Shown: positions 46,032-55,786 of the stretch, piece by piece
Layout: each line of letters begins with the position of its first letter
Numbering within the stretch: the first letter of the stretch is position 1
Assembly: GCA_035650735.1 (NCBI GenBank)
Contig: DASRGZ010000096.1
Coordinates: forward strand, 23,526-87,525
Origin: Chthonomonadaceae bacterium
GTDB lineage: Bacteria; Armatimonadota; Chthonomonadetes; Chthonomonadales; Chthonomonadaceae
DNA: 64,000 nucleotides
Reading direction: 5' to 3'
Position numbers and translations under genes: made by a program
Notes under the pieces: generated by a model
Seen by the model: the letters and a program-made list of their open reading frames with translations, nothing else
Told to the model about the DNA's origin: nothing
Database searches by the model: none

Positions 46032-47611
46032 CAGGCGGGCCTCTCCTGCGGGGCGGTCAGGGAGCTGCCATACTGCGGCACGCCCGTCATAATGCCCCAG
46101 AACTGCCGCAGCGGTTCGCCGATCTGGATGCCGGTCTCGGTGATGCGCAGCTCGCGCAGCGTGCGCTCGTGCGGGCCGGTGCGCTTCTTGAAGACGCCGA
46201 TGGCCTGGCAGATCTCGGCGTTCGCTTCGAAGTAGCGCATTAGCAGCACCGTATCGGCGAGGTAGCTGATGTCCACCGAGGCCTCGGGGGCGCTGACGGA
46301 GCCGTGCTGGGCTACCACGAGGATGGTGATGACGCCGCGCTGATTGAGGAAGGCGAACAGCTCGTGCAGATGGGTGGAGACGAAGCGTTCCTCCGGCATG
46401 GAGCTCATATAGCCGTTGAGGCTATCGATCACGACGATGCGGGTGTCGTTTTCCTCCACGGCGCGGCGGACGTCGTCGGCGAAGGCCCCCGGGGTCAGCT
46501 CGGCGGGATCGACCTGGACCACCCGCAGGTGGCCGGTATGGGTAAAGTCGCGGAATCCGGCGCAGAGCTTTTCGGCCCTGGCGAAGAGGGTATGGAGGAC
46601 CTCGTCGAAGGTGTAGACCGCGGCGCGCTGCCCTCCCGTTAGGGCAGCGGCGACGTACTGGAGAGCGACCGTAGACTTACCGACGCCTGAGGGGCCGAGG
46701 ATCAGGGTGGTAGTGCCATACTCCAGTCCGCCGCCCAGCAATTGGTCCAGGCCGGAAATGTTACTAGGGACGGCCCCGGAGGGGACCATTTCGGGACGCC
46801 GATGCGTGTCTATAGCCAGCCGGGGGTAGACGACCGCGCCGCCGGTATGGATATCGTAGTCGTGGAAGCCGCCGAGGTACGTGGCGCCTCGCACCTTCTG
46901 GACGAAGAGACGGCGGCGCGTGCCTCCATAGATAGGAGTGAACTGCTCCAGGTCAATGATGCCGCTGACGATGCTCTCGGGCTGGATCTCGGCCAGGGGA
47001 GTCGAGCGATCATCGAGCAGCAGCACCGTGATGCCCTTATCCGCGAAGTACTGCTTGAGCGAGAGCATCTGCCGGCGGTAGCGCAGGGGATCGCCGGAGA
47101 GCAGCCGCATCTCGGAGAGGCCATCAAAGATGACGTTTCGGGGCAGCACAGACTCGACCTGCCCCAGGATGGCCTGCGTGGTCTCGCCAAGCTCGACATC
47201 GGCGGGGTGGAAGATGGTATACTGCGTCTCGGCTCTCAGGGAGGCTTCGGTGCTGGAGAGGTCGCAGATGGGCAGGCGCGCGATATCCCAGCCATGCGAA
47301 CGGGCGACCGCCTCCAGCTCGGCGCGGGTTTCGGAGAGAGTGATATAGAGAGCGCGTTCGCCTCGTTCGAGGCTGGAAAGGAGAAAGCGGAGGGCGATAG
47401 TGGTCTTGCCTGTACCGGGATCCCCCTGGAGCAGGTAGAGTCGTCCGCGCAGTAGCCCTCCCTGCAACACGGCATCGAGACCCGGGGTGCCGGTGGGCAC
47501 CTTCTCGGGGTAGGCGCTACAGTCTTGCGTCACGGCGTGGTGGCCTTTCCTGAATGCGAATCGACGGTCCGAGTGGCGATCGCGGACGTCCGCGGCAGAC
47601 ACCGGCCGCAA
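46031..47611 (-). CDS. KaiC-family double RecA-like ATPase
   Basis: Two Walker A motifs ('GDPGTGKTT', 'GPSGVGKST'), with Walker B / catalytic Glu pairs in each half. ~520 aa, as for KaiC. Confidence 0.8.
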   Translation of the reverse strand: MRPVSAADVRDRHSDRRFAFRKGHHAVTQDCSAYPEKVPTGTPGLDAVLQGGLLRGRLYLLQGDPGTGKTTIALRFLLSSLERGERALYITLSETRAELEAVARSHGWDIARLPICDLSSTEASLRAETQYTIFHPADVELGETTQAILGQVESVLPRNVIFDGLSEMRLLSGDPLRYRRQMLSLKQYFADKGITVLLLDDRSTPLAEIQPESIVSGIIDLEQFTPIYGGTRRRLFVQKVRGATYLGGFHDYDIHTGGAVVYPRLAIDTHRRPEMVPSGAVPSNISGLDQLLGGGLEYGTTTLILGPSGVGKSTVALQYVAAALTGGQRAAVYTFDEVLHTLFARAEKLCAGFRDFTHTGHLRVVQVDPAELTPGAFADDVRRAVEENDTRIVVIDSLNGYMSSMPEERFVSTHLHELFAFLNQRGVITILVVAQHGSVSAPEASVDISYLADTVLLMRYFEANAEICQAIGVFKKRTGPHERTLRELRITETGIQIGEPLRQFWGIMTGVPQYGSSLTAPQERPA

Positions 47612-47675
47612 GGAGAAAATTATATTCTAGTTCGCTCTTTTCCTGCCTTGGCCTCCTTATTATGGCTCCAGGAAT

Positions 47676-47969
47676 TTAGAGGGGCGGTATCGAATCGCTC
47701 GTGTCCTCCTGGTCGGTGAGCGCGCGCTTCATCATCAGCAAACCGGCAGCGCCCGCGAACGCAAAGAGCAAGTTCCACCAGAGATAAGCGGTCGAAAAGT
47801 GGGCCAGATAGTAGGTGCGAACCATATAGCCAGCGATGTAGGCACCGACCATCCCGATAGTGATGTCGGTGATGATCCCGCCCATGGCCTCCTCTTCCGG
47901 GCCAGGCATCAGTATCCTGGCCAGAATCCCGCAGATCAAGCCGACGCAAAGCCAGACAATAAAGTCCAT
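47676..47969 (-). CDS. GlsB/YeaQ/YmgE family stress-response membrane protein
   Basis: 'MDFIVWLCVGLICGILARILMPG...GGIITDITIGMVGAYIAGYM' matches the family pattern. Confidence 0.7.
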   Translation of the reverse strand: MDFIVWLCVGLICGILARILMPGPEEEAMGGIITDITIGMVGAYIAGYMVRTYYLAHFSTAYLWWNLLFAFAGAAGLLMMKRALTDQEDTSDSIPPL

Positions 47970-48027
47970 TTCCCTTCCTCCTTTTCAGACTGGCATCTTT
48001 ACCTTGTAAGATCGGAAATGAGAGCGG

Positions 48028-49221
48028 TCAAGTTCCCAACAGTCCGTCCGAGTGCAGTTGCAGCCATCGCATGATGTCGCGCAGGCGCAAGATGCCAACC
48101 AGATGCCCGTTCTCAACGACGGGCATCTGGCCGATGTCGCGCCGTGCCAGTTTTAGCAGCGCGTCGCTGGTATCCTCGCGCGGCTGGACGACCTCCAGTT
48201 GATCGGCGGGCGTCATGATCTGGCGCACGGAGGTGACGTCCCAGGCGTCGCGCGGAACCCGGCGCACATCATCCAGGGTGACCAGCCCCACCAGATTATC
48301 GCCCTCCACCACCGGAAACGCGCGCTCGTCCGTACCCATCAGGTGGTCGTAGACCAGGGAGCTAACCGAAATATCCGGGGGCACGCCATGCACGTCGGAG
48401 CGCATCAGGCGCGCGACCGGCACTCCCTCCAGGATGTCCTGCACGACAACCTGCTGATAGCTGGCAATCGCCGCATTGTTGAGAAACCAACCGATAAAGG
48501 CCAGCCACAGGCCCCCGATCAGCCCCGTCCCGAAGAAGGGGATTCGCACGCCGAAGACCATCGCAATGCCGGAGACGATCAGCAGCCAGGCCACGATCTG
48601 TCCGACCGTGGCGGCCCAGCGCGTGGCCTGCGTTAGATTGTGCGTGATGCCCCAGAGGATCGAGCGCAGGACGCGCCCGCCATCGAGCGGAAAGCCCGGT
48701 ATCAGGTTAAAGACGCCGAGCAGGATGTTAATCGGTCCCAGCCAGAACAGCAGCGTGGCCAGAGGGCCGGCGTGCGCGAGTATCTCGCGTGGGCTGGTGA
48801 TGGCGGTGCCCACGTTGCCGACGAGCAAGCCACCCAGGATCGAAAAGATCACGCCCAGCACAATGCTGGTAATCGGCCCCACGATGGCCACCAGGAACTC
48901 CGTGCCCGCTGAGGGCGGCTCCTGCTCGATGTTGGAGACGCCTCCGAACATGAACAGCGTGATGCGGCGCACTGGCAGACCCTTCGCTTTGGCTACCAGG
49001 GAGTGGGCCATCTCATGGGCTAGGATGGAGGCGAAGAACAGAATGGCGGCCACAATGGCGACGCCCCAGGCTAGGCCCGGTCCCCAGTCCGGGTGCCAGA
49101 ATGGGAAGACTCCGGCGGCAAGCTGCCAGATCACCAGCCAGAAGATGAACAGCAGGCTCCAATCCAGATAGATGCTAATGCCGGCGATGCGAAAGAGGCG
49201 AAAACCGCTTCGGGCCATCAT
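48028..49221 (-). CDS. Site-2 protease family (M50) metalloprotease with tandem CBS domains
   Basis: 'HEMAHS' HExxH in a transmembrane helix. C-terminal CBS pair. Confidence 0.8.
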   Translation of the reverse strand: MMARSGFRLFRIAGISIYLDWSLLFIFWLVIWQLAAGVFPFWHPDWGPGLAWGVAIVAAILFFASILAHEMAHSLVAKAKGLPVRRITLFMFGGVSNIEQEPPSAGTEFLVAIVGPITSIVLGVIFSILGGLLVGNVGTAITSPREILAHAGPLATLLFWLGPINILLGVFNLIPGFPLDGGRVLRSILWGITHNLTQATRWAATVGQIVAWLLIVSGIAMVFGVRIPFFGTGLIGGLWLAFIGWFLNNAAIASYQQVVVQDILEGVPVARLMRSDVHGVPPDISVSSLVYDHLMGTDERAFPVVEGDNLVGLVTLDDVRRVPRDAWDVTSVRQIMTPADQLEVVQPREDTSDALLKLARRDIGQMPVVENGHLVGILRLRDIMRWLQLHSDGLLGT

Positions 49222-49310
49222 GTGCCGATTCCTCCTGTGCCCTTCCTGGGCAGGATCCCTTCATTTTCTTTACGGGCGGCTAATAACTGTTGCGAATCTA
49301 GCCGCCTAAT

Positions 49311-52300
49311 TTATCCTTCTGTAAAACGTTTGGAATTCCTGCCGCGCAGCCCCCACCAGAGCGCCCCGCCAAGAGCCAGGGCGCCCGCGCCCAGAATAAG
49401 GGCCGTCTTGACCATCTCGGCGGGCGGCATGGGCGCGCGGACATACGCCTTCTCCGGATAGGTGCCCGGCCTGCCCTCGGCTCCCTCCTCCAGAGCCATC
49501 TTGATCACCTGCGCCAGGTGCAGGGGCGCCCGGTCGGTCTGCTGGGTGATCTGCTCGCGGCAGCTAAAGCCATCGGTGATAATTAGAGTCTCCTTATCGG
49601 CCTGGCGCACCTGGGGCAGCAGCACCCGCTCCCCGCACTTGATCGAGACCTCATAGTGATCGCCCGGCTCAAAGCCGAACGCGCCCGCCATCCCGCAGCA
49701 ACCCGAATCGAGCACCTGGTACTCCAGCCCCATCTGCTTGAGCACCGATTCCTCGTCCTGCATCTTCAGCACCGATTTATGGTGGCAGTGGCCGTGCACG
49801 AGCGCCTTGCGGCGCAGCTTAGGAAGCGCAAAATCGTTGGCCTTCTTCTCCAGGAACTCGCTCAGCAGGAAGGTCTGCTGGCTGAGGCGCTTGGCGTCCT
49901 CGTTCATCGGGAACAGGTTGATCAGCTCATCCCGGAACACCGAGGCGCAGCTTGGCTCCAGCACGACGATAGGGACGCCGGCTTCGATCTGGGGCTTGAG
50001 CATGTTCAGGATCTGGAGCAGCCAGCTTTTGGCGGTATCCAGCATGCCGTAGTCGTAGAGGGGACGACCGCAGCACATATCCTGCATGGGCACGTCTACC
50101 TGAAAGCCTGCCGCCTCCAGCACCTCCACGGCGGCCTGGGCAGTGGTGGGATGGAAATGGTCGTTGAAGGTATCCGGCCACAGGATGACTTTAGGCCGAC
50201 CGATGTTCCTGAGAGCCCGCTGGCTAAACCACGCCTTGAAGGTATAGGGCGCAAAAGCCGGGATGGTCCGCTTCTGCTCCATGCCCACCGCCAGCTTGAT
50301 CAGGCGGCCCACCAGCGGGACGTGGTTGAGGAGATTGACCACGCCGGGCGCCAGGGAAGCCAGCCGCGCCCAGCGATGAATAAGCCCGAAGGCGTAGGCA
50401 TGACGGGGGCGCAGGCGTCCCTCGTAGTAGTGCGAGAGGAATTCGGCCTTGTAGGTGGCCATGTCCACCTGCACCGGGCAATCCCCCTTGCAGCCCTTGC
50501 AGGACAGGCACAGATCCAGCGACTCCTTGACCGCCTCGCTCTTCCAGCCGCCCTGCACCGGATTGCCCTGGAGCATTTCAAAGAGCATCCGGGCGCGCCC
50601 GCGCGTGCAGTGCTTCTCCTCCCGCGTCACCATGTAGGAGGGGCACATCGTCCCGCCGCCATGCCGTCGGCAGACGCCCGCCCCGACGCAGCGCTCCGTT
50701 GCGTAGGAGAAGCTGTGCTTATCGTCCGGGAACTGAAAGTGGGTTTTTACCTGCGGCGGGTTGTAGTGGGTTCCGAGCTTCAGGTTCTCGTCCACGCGGT
50801 AGGGAGCCACCACCTTGCCGGGATTCATCTTCCAGTCGGGGTCCCAGATGGACTTGAACTCGCAGAACGCATCGATCAGCTCCTTGCCGTACATGCGGGT
50901 CAGCAGCTCGCCGCGCGCCTGGCCGTCGCCGTGCTCGCCGGAGAGCGAGCCGCCGTAGGAGACGACCAGATCGGCGGCCTCTTCGACGAAGCGGCGATAT
51001 TTCTGGATGCCGTCGGCGGTCTCCAGGTCGAAAGTCAGGCGAGTATGGACGCAGCCATCGCCGAAATGCCCGTAGAGTGGGCCGTGGTAGTCGTATTTAT
51101 CCATCAGCGCCTTGAAGTCGCGCAGATAGCGGCCCAGCTTGTCGGGAGGCACGGCCGCATCTTCCCAGCCCTCCCAGTTATCCGGCTCGCCGGGCACGCG
51201 GGCCGTCGCTCCCAGCCCTTCCTCCCGCAGGTGCCAGATATGGGCCTCCTGCGCGGGGTCGTCGAAGAGCTTCATCGGGGGTGGATTGCCCTGCTTCTTC
51301 AGGTCCTCCATCAGGGCGCGCGCCTTGGCGTCCGATTCTTCCTTGCTCTGCCCGCCAAACTCGATCAGCAGCCAGCCGTCTCCATCGGGCATCAGCTTGA
51401 CGGTGGGGTCGTGCATCCCTTTCTTTTCCATGTCTTTGAGGAACTCATCGTCGAGCCCTTCGCAGCCGATAGGGTCGTACTTGAGCGCCTCCACGACGTA
51501 ATCGGCGGCGTGGAAGATGTCCGGGAAGCCGAGCACGAGCAGCGAGCGCACGGGTGGATTGGGAACAAGCTTGACGGTCGCCTCCAGCACGAGAACGCAA
51601 GTGCCTTCGGTGCCGACGAGGGCTCTGGCCACGTTAAATCCGTTTTCCGGCAGCAGCTCATTCAGGCCATAGCCGGAGACTCGGCGGGGGATGTTCGGGA
51701 ACCGCTCCCGGATGAGAGCGGCGTACTTATCCCGCAGGGCCTTGAGCCGGGCATAGATCTCGCCCTGGCGTCCGCCCGCCTGGATAAGGCGCTCCAGCTC
51801 CTCCGGGCTGGTCGGGCCCACGCGCAGGCGCGTCCCGTCGTAGAGCAAGACCTCCAGCTCCTCGACGTTGTCGGAGGTGCGGCCCGCCATGACCGAGTGG
51901 ATGCCGCAGGAGTTGTTGCCGATCATGCCGCCCAGGGTGCAGCGGCTATGGGTCGCCGGGTCCGGCCCAAACGTCAGGCCGCAGCGCCGGGTCGCCTCGT
52001 CCCGCAGGCTATCCAGAACGACGCCGGGTTGGACGCGCGCCAGCTTCTTCTCCGGATCGATTGCCAGGATATGATTCATGTACTTGGAGAAGTCCAGCAG
52101 CAGCCCATCGTTGACCGTCTGGCCGGGAATGCCGGTGCCGCCGCCGCGCCCGTGGAGGGGAACGCCAAAGCGGCGGCAGGCCGCGACGGTGGCGACGACA
52201 TCCTCGGCATCCAGAGGGATCACCACGCCCAGGGGCACCATGCGGTAGTTGGAGGCGTCCTGGGAGTAGAGGCCCCGGCTGCCCGCGTCGAAGCGCACCT

Positions 52301-52439
52301 CGCCGCGCACGGTCCGGCGCAGCTCCGCCTCCAGGGCCTTCACATCCACCGTCAGCTGGCGCGTTGTGCCGACCTGGTCTTTCGGTATGAAATGGACGGG
52401 TAGGGTCTTTGTCTCAATTGTTTCGATTGTCGCCATCAT
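49311..52439 (-). CDS. FAD-binding oxidase fused to Fe-S/CCG-domain subunit (GlcD-GlcF-like; D-lactate/glycolate/2-hydroxyacid dehydrogenase type) with C-terminal hydrophobic anchor
   Basis: FAD-binding PCMH domain 'GGGTGIPGQ'. 'CLSCKGCKGDCP' 4Fe-4S motif. Two CCG motifs ('MCCGRP', 'SGCCGMAG'). C-terminal 'ALILGAGALALGGALWWGL' transmembrane-like tail. Confidence 0.8.
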   Translation of the reverse strand: MMATIETIETKTLPVHFIPKDQVGTTRQLTVDVKALEAELRRTVRGEVRFDAGSRGLYSQDASNYRMVPLGVVIPLDAEDVVATVAACRRFGVPLHGRGGGTGIPGQTVNDGLLLDFSKYMNHILAIDPEKKLARVQPGVVLDSLRDEATRRCGLTFGPDPATHSRCTLGGMIGNNSCGIHSVMAGRTSDNVEELEVLLYDGTRLRVGPTSPEELERLIQAGGRQGEIYARLKALRDKYAALIRERFPNIPRRVSGYGLNELLPENGFNVARALVGTEGTCVLVLEATVKLVPNPPVRSLLVLGFPDIFHAADYVVEALKYDPIGCEGLDDEFLKDMEKKGMHDPTVKLMPDGDGWLLIEFGGQSKEESDAKARALMEDLKKQGNPPPMKLFDDPAQEAHIWHLREEGLGATARVPGEPDNWEGWEDAAVPPDKLGRYLRDFKALMDKYDYHGPLYGHFGDGCVHTRLTFDLETADGIQKYRRFVEEAADLVVSYGGSLSGEHGDGQARGELLTRMYGKELIDAFCEFKSIWDPDWKMNPGKVVAPYRVDENLKLGTHYNPPQVKTHFQFPDDKHSFSYATERCVGAGVCRRHGGGTMCPSYMVTREEKHCTRGRARMLFEMLQGNPVQGGWKSEAVKESLDLCLSCKGCKGDCPVQVDMATYKAEFLSHYYEGRLRPRHAYAFGLIHRWARLASLAPGVVNLLNHVPLVGRLIKLAVGMEQKRTIPAFAPYTFKAWFSQRALRNIGRPKVILWPDTFNDHFHPTTAQAAVEVLEAAGFQVDVPMQDMCCGRPLYDYGMLDTAKSWLLQILNMLKPQIEAGVPIVVLEPSCASVFRDELINLFPMNEDAKRLSQQTFLLSEFLEKKANDFALPKLRRKALVHGHCHHKSVLKMQDEESVLKQMGLEYQVLDSGCCGMAGAFGFEPGDHYEVSIKCGERVLLPQVRQADKETLIITDGFSCREQITQQTDRAPLHLAQVIKMALEEGAEGRPGTYPEKAYVRAPMPPAEMVKTALILGAGALALGGALWWGLRGRNSKRFTEG

Positions 52440-52454
52440 ACTGCCTCATAGTCT

Positions 52455-52672
52455 AACTCAGCGTTACACAGTGCCGGGCCATAAATGACCCGTCTCTAGG
52501 ACCACTATGCCGCCAACCGTCCTGCGGACGGGAAAACGAGCCTATCGGTAGGTGGCTCCCTCCGGAGAGCGGAAAGAATCTTCCATAACGGAGCGTCCGC
52601 TAGGACGCTTGGCCGCAGGCCCTATAGACGGGTATTTCAATGCCCGGCTGGATGCAGACCAGACGGGTCATT
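52455..52672. mobile_element. ~218-bp dispersed element flanked by 8-bp direct repeats CATAGTCT, with an internal 11-bp perfect inverted repeat ATGACCCGTCT/AGACGGGTCAT
   Basis: Direct repeats at ~52447-52454 and ~52673-52680. Related partial copy at 22790-22915. Confidence 0.4.
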
Positions 52673-52693
52673 CATAGTCTGGAGGTTGACTGC

Positions 52694-53605
52694 TCAACCC
52701 TGGGCCGAAGCCAATTCATGCCGAATATATTGCGAATGCATACGCACCTCAATCTGGCCGTTGTGGATGCGCGCCTCAAAGCAGGGCTGCGGGAAGGTCG
52801 AAGGACCGTCGAGCACGCGCCCGTCGTCGAGGGCGTAGCGTGAACCATGCCAGGGACAGACGATGCTTTCGCCTTGTAGCTGGCCCTCCGAAAGCGGCCC
52901 GCCCAGGTGCGCGCAGGTTTCGGCCAGCGCGTAGACCCGGCCATCCCGACGCACCAGCACCAGCTTGACTCCGTTTACCTCGGCACGGTGGGGCGTGTCC
53001 TCCGGTAGATCCGCATCCGGCATCACCGGCACAAAGTTGCTGGGGAGCGGCTGGCGGTTGGCATGGTCTACCCCGATCTTCTCTCCGTAAACCAGGTCGC
53101 CGCCAAGCCAGGCCGAGCCAAAGGCCAGGGCATAGCCGATCCAGCCGCAGATCCGGGCTGCATCGCGCGACTTGCGGCGGCGCAGCGCCCAGGAGGTGGC
53201 AAAGAGGGCGGTCGCGGTGATATTCAGCAGCCCATGCACCAGGCCGACGCGGCGCGATTTGCCGTCGGTCTTGTGCCAGTCTGTCAGGCCGGCGATGGCC
53301 GTGGGCACGGCGCTAATCAGGCCCATGGCTACCGCCGCATCCGCCGCTGCCCCGCTGGAGTTGCGCCCGCGAACGGCATCGGCAGCATCAAGGACCGCCG
53401 CCATCGTCCAGGCGCCGATCGGTATGTCGGTGAGCACAACATGCAGCGGATGGCCCAGCCAGGTGCCGTGCAGGAAATCCTCCACTTTGCGCCCGGCCTG
53501 CCCGCCAGCGTCGAAGGCGCTGTGAACCGCCTTCTGCAATCCTGTCTCGACAGGCTCCAGCCATTCTTGCTGGGCGATCACATCCGTGACGGCTTCTGAG
53601 TTCAT
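52694..53605 (-). CDS. Rieske [2Fe-2S] domain protein with N-terminal membrane (DUF2231-like) domain
   Basis: 'CAHLGGPL...CPWHGSRY' Rieske CxH/CxxH boxes. N-terminal transmembrane helices. Confidence 0.75.
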   Translation of the reverse strand: MNSEAVTDVIAQQEWLEPVETGLQKAVHSAFDAGGQAGRKVEDFLHGTWLGHPLHVVLTDIPIGAWTMAAVLDAADAVRGRNSSGAAADAAVAMGLISAVPTAIAGLTDWHKTDGKSRRVGLVHGLLNITATALFATSWALRRRKSRDAARICGWIGYALAFGSAWLGGDLVYGEKIGVDHANRQPLPSNFVPVMPDADLPEDTPHRAEVNGVKLVLVRRDGRVYALAETCAHLGGPLSEGQLQGESIVCPWHGSRYALDDGRVLDGPSTFPQPCFEARIHNGQIEVRMHSQYIRHELASAQG

Positions 53606-53639
53606 GGCTTCTCCTCCCGTCTCCCCTCCTGCGCTCGCC

Positions 53640-53900
53640 TCTCCCTTCTCCTTATTAACCTAATCCCCCGGCCCCTACTGCAAGGGTAGGGCCTGCTATG
53701 GTTGGGCCCTCCGCCTAACGACCCTGCTACGTTCGCTACGCTCACAGGGAAGAGGGTGACCCGGCTTCTCCTCTCCCCTCTCCCGCAGCGTGGGAGAGGG
53801 GGCAGGGGGTGAGAGCGACTCTACACCCTACCCCCTACACCCTATCCCCTACACCCTGCGCGAGGGGCCGGGGGGAGGGCCGCTCCCTTCAAGAACAGAA
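53640..53900. repeat. GC-rich hairpin repeat cluster
   Basis: 'CCCTCTCCCGCAGCGTGGGAGAGGG' palindrome. Shares a block with 20540-20595 and 'CGCGAGGGGCCGGGGGG' with 61785. Confidence 0.5.
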
Positions 53901-53915
53901 GAAAGGCAAGCGCGT

Positions 53916-55667
53916 TTAAACCAGTTCGCGAATCTTGTCCTTGAGAATCGTCTCGACCAGCTCGCCGCCGTGGGGCTGGCCCCGCAACAGCGCCTTGGTG
54001 AAGTTCTCCGCCTGCTGCAGGCTGATCTTGGGCGGCATCGGCGGCTCGTATGGGTCTACGACGACTTCCACGACGGACGGCCTGCCGGAAGCAATCGCCT
54101 TCTCCAGCGCTGGCCGAATCTCCTGGGGCTTTTCCACGGTCAAGCCCAGCCCGCCGCACGCCTCCGCGTACTTGGCAAAATCAATCGGATGCAGGTCTAC
54201 GCCGTATTCCGGATTGCCGAGAAAGACGATCTGCTCCCACTTGATCTGGCCGAGCACATTGTTCTTGATGATAACTACCAGGATCGGCAGGTTGTACTTG
54301 ACTGCGGTGGCGAACTCGCCCATCAGCATCGTAAAGCCGCCATCGCCGACGAAGGCGATAGACTGCCGATTCGGGTAGGCCAGCGCGGCGGCGATAGCGT
54401 AAGGCAGGCCCGGCGCCATCGTCGCCAGCGTGCCCGAACAACTAAACTTCTGCGTGCCGCGCATCTTGAAGTAGCGGGCGATCCAGGTGGTGATCGTGCC
54501 CGAATCGGTGGAGACGATGGCATCGTCGGCGGCCAGTTGGGACAGCTCCCAGGCGACGCGCTGCGGCTTGATGGGCACATCATCGCGCATGGCCCGTTCT
54601 TCCATCAGCTTCCACCACTCCTCCATGCCCTTCTGGAGCTTTTCCAGGAAGCCGCGATCTTGCTTGCGCTCCACCAATCGGCCAAGCGCAGCGACCGTGG
54701 GCTTGGCATCCCCGACCAGACCGACATCTACCGGGAAGCGCAGGCCAATGCGGTCGGGCTTATCGTCTATCTGGACGCCTTTAGCCTGGCCCGGCTTAGG
54801 CAGAAACTCCATATAGGGGAACGACGAGCCGATGATGAGCAGCGCGTCGCAGCCCTCCATGGCATCCTGCGAGGGCGTCGTGCCCAGCAGCCCGATCCCG
54901 CCGGTCGTCAGCGCATGGTCGTCGGGAACAACGCCCTTGCCTAAAAGGGCCTTGACGATGGGAGCGCCGAGCGTTTCGGCCAGCGCGATCACCTCGTCGC
55001 CGGCGCCCAGCGCGCCCTGTCCGACCAGGATCACGGGCCGCTTGGCGTCGTTGAGGATGGCGGCGGCGCGCTTTAGCTCCTCTTCGCGCGGCAGGGCCAG
55101 CGGCGACGGCCAGACGTTATCCGTCGAGCCTTTGATCTTATGTGTGGAGGTATGGCCGTCGGGCGCCTTTTCCTGGTAGTCCACGGGGACGTTGATGTGG
55201 GCGACGCCCCGATGGTTGAGCGCATGGCGGCAGGCTTCGTTGACCAGCATGTCCATCTGATTGGGGTTGATGCACTCCTGGTTGTAGATAGCTACATCTT
55301 CAAACAGGCGGCACATGTTCACGTCCTGCTGGAAGTAACTGCCCTTCAGGTCGGAATAGGTCTGTCCGGTGAGGGCGAGCACCGGCGCCTGATCCATCTT
55401 GGCGTCGTAGAGGCCGTTCAAGAGATGGATGCCGCCGGGGCCGGAGGTAGCCAGGCAGCACCCCAGCCGCCCGGTATATTTGGCGTGCGCGCAGGCCATG
55501 AAGGCTGCCGCCTCCTCATGGCGCACCTGGATGAAGCGAACCTTATCCTGATGGGTGCGCAGGGCCTCCATGATGCCGTTGATGCCGTCGCCGGGAATGC
55601 CGAACACCGTATCCACGCCCCAATTAATAATGCCTTCGATTAGGATATCGGAAGTGTTCTTTGCCAT
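53916..55667 (-). CDS. Thiamine-pyrophosphate enzyme, pyruvate oxidase/pyruvate:quinone oxidoreductase-like (PoxB/ALS family)
   Basis: N-terminal Pyr domain 'VDTVFGIPGDGINGIMEAL...RHEEAAAFMA'. TPP-binding 'GDGGF...' block. 583 aa. Confidence 0.8.
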   Translation of the reverse strand: MAKNTSDILIEGIINWGVDTVFGIPGDGINGIMEALRTHQDKVRFIQVRHEEAAAFMACAHAKYTGRLGCCLATSGPGGIHLLNGLYDAKMDQAPVLALTGQTYSDLKGSYFQQDVNMCRLFEDVAIYNQECINPNQMDMLVNEACRHALNHRGVAHINVPVDYQEKAPDGHTSTHKIKGSTDNVWPSPLALPREEELKRAAAILNDAKRPVILVGQGALGAGDEVIALAETLGAPIVKALLGKGVVPDDHALTTGGIGLLGTTPSQDAMEGCDALLIIGSSFPYMEFLPKPGQAKGVQIDDKPDRIGLRFPVDVGLVGDAKPTVAALGRLVERKQDRGFLEKLQKGMEEWWKLMEERAMRDDVPIKPQRVAWELSQLAADDAIVSTDSGTITTWIARYFKMRGTQKFSCSGTLATMAPGLPYAIAAALAYPNRQSIAFVGDGGFTMLMGEFATAVKYNLPILVVIIKNNVLGQIKWEQIVFLGNPEYGVDLHPIDFAKYAEACGGLGLTVEKPQEIRPALEKAIASGRPSVVEVVVDPYEPPMPPKISLQQAENFTKALLRGQPHGGELVETILKDKIRELV

Positions 55668-55786
55668 CGCTGTTCCTTTCTCGCAAAGCGCGCGCTGGCG
55701 CGGGGCCGGGCTGCATTATGCCGCCGTGCACCCAGAGTTCCGAACAACTACCTCTTGGAAAACGCCAAACTTCGAGCGCCTGGCCG

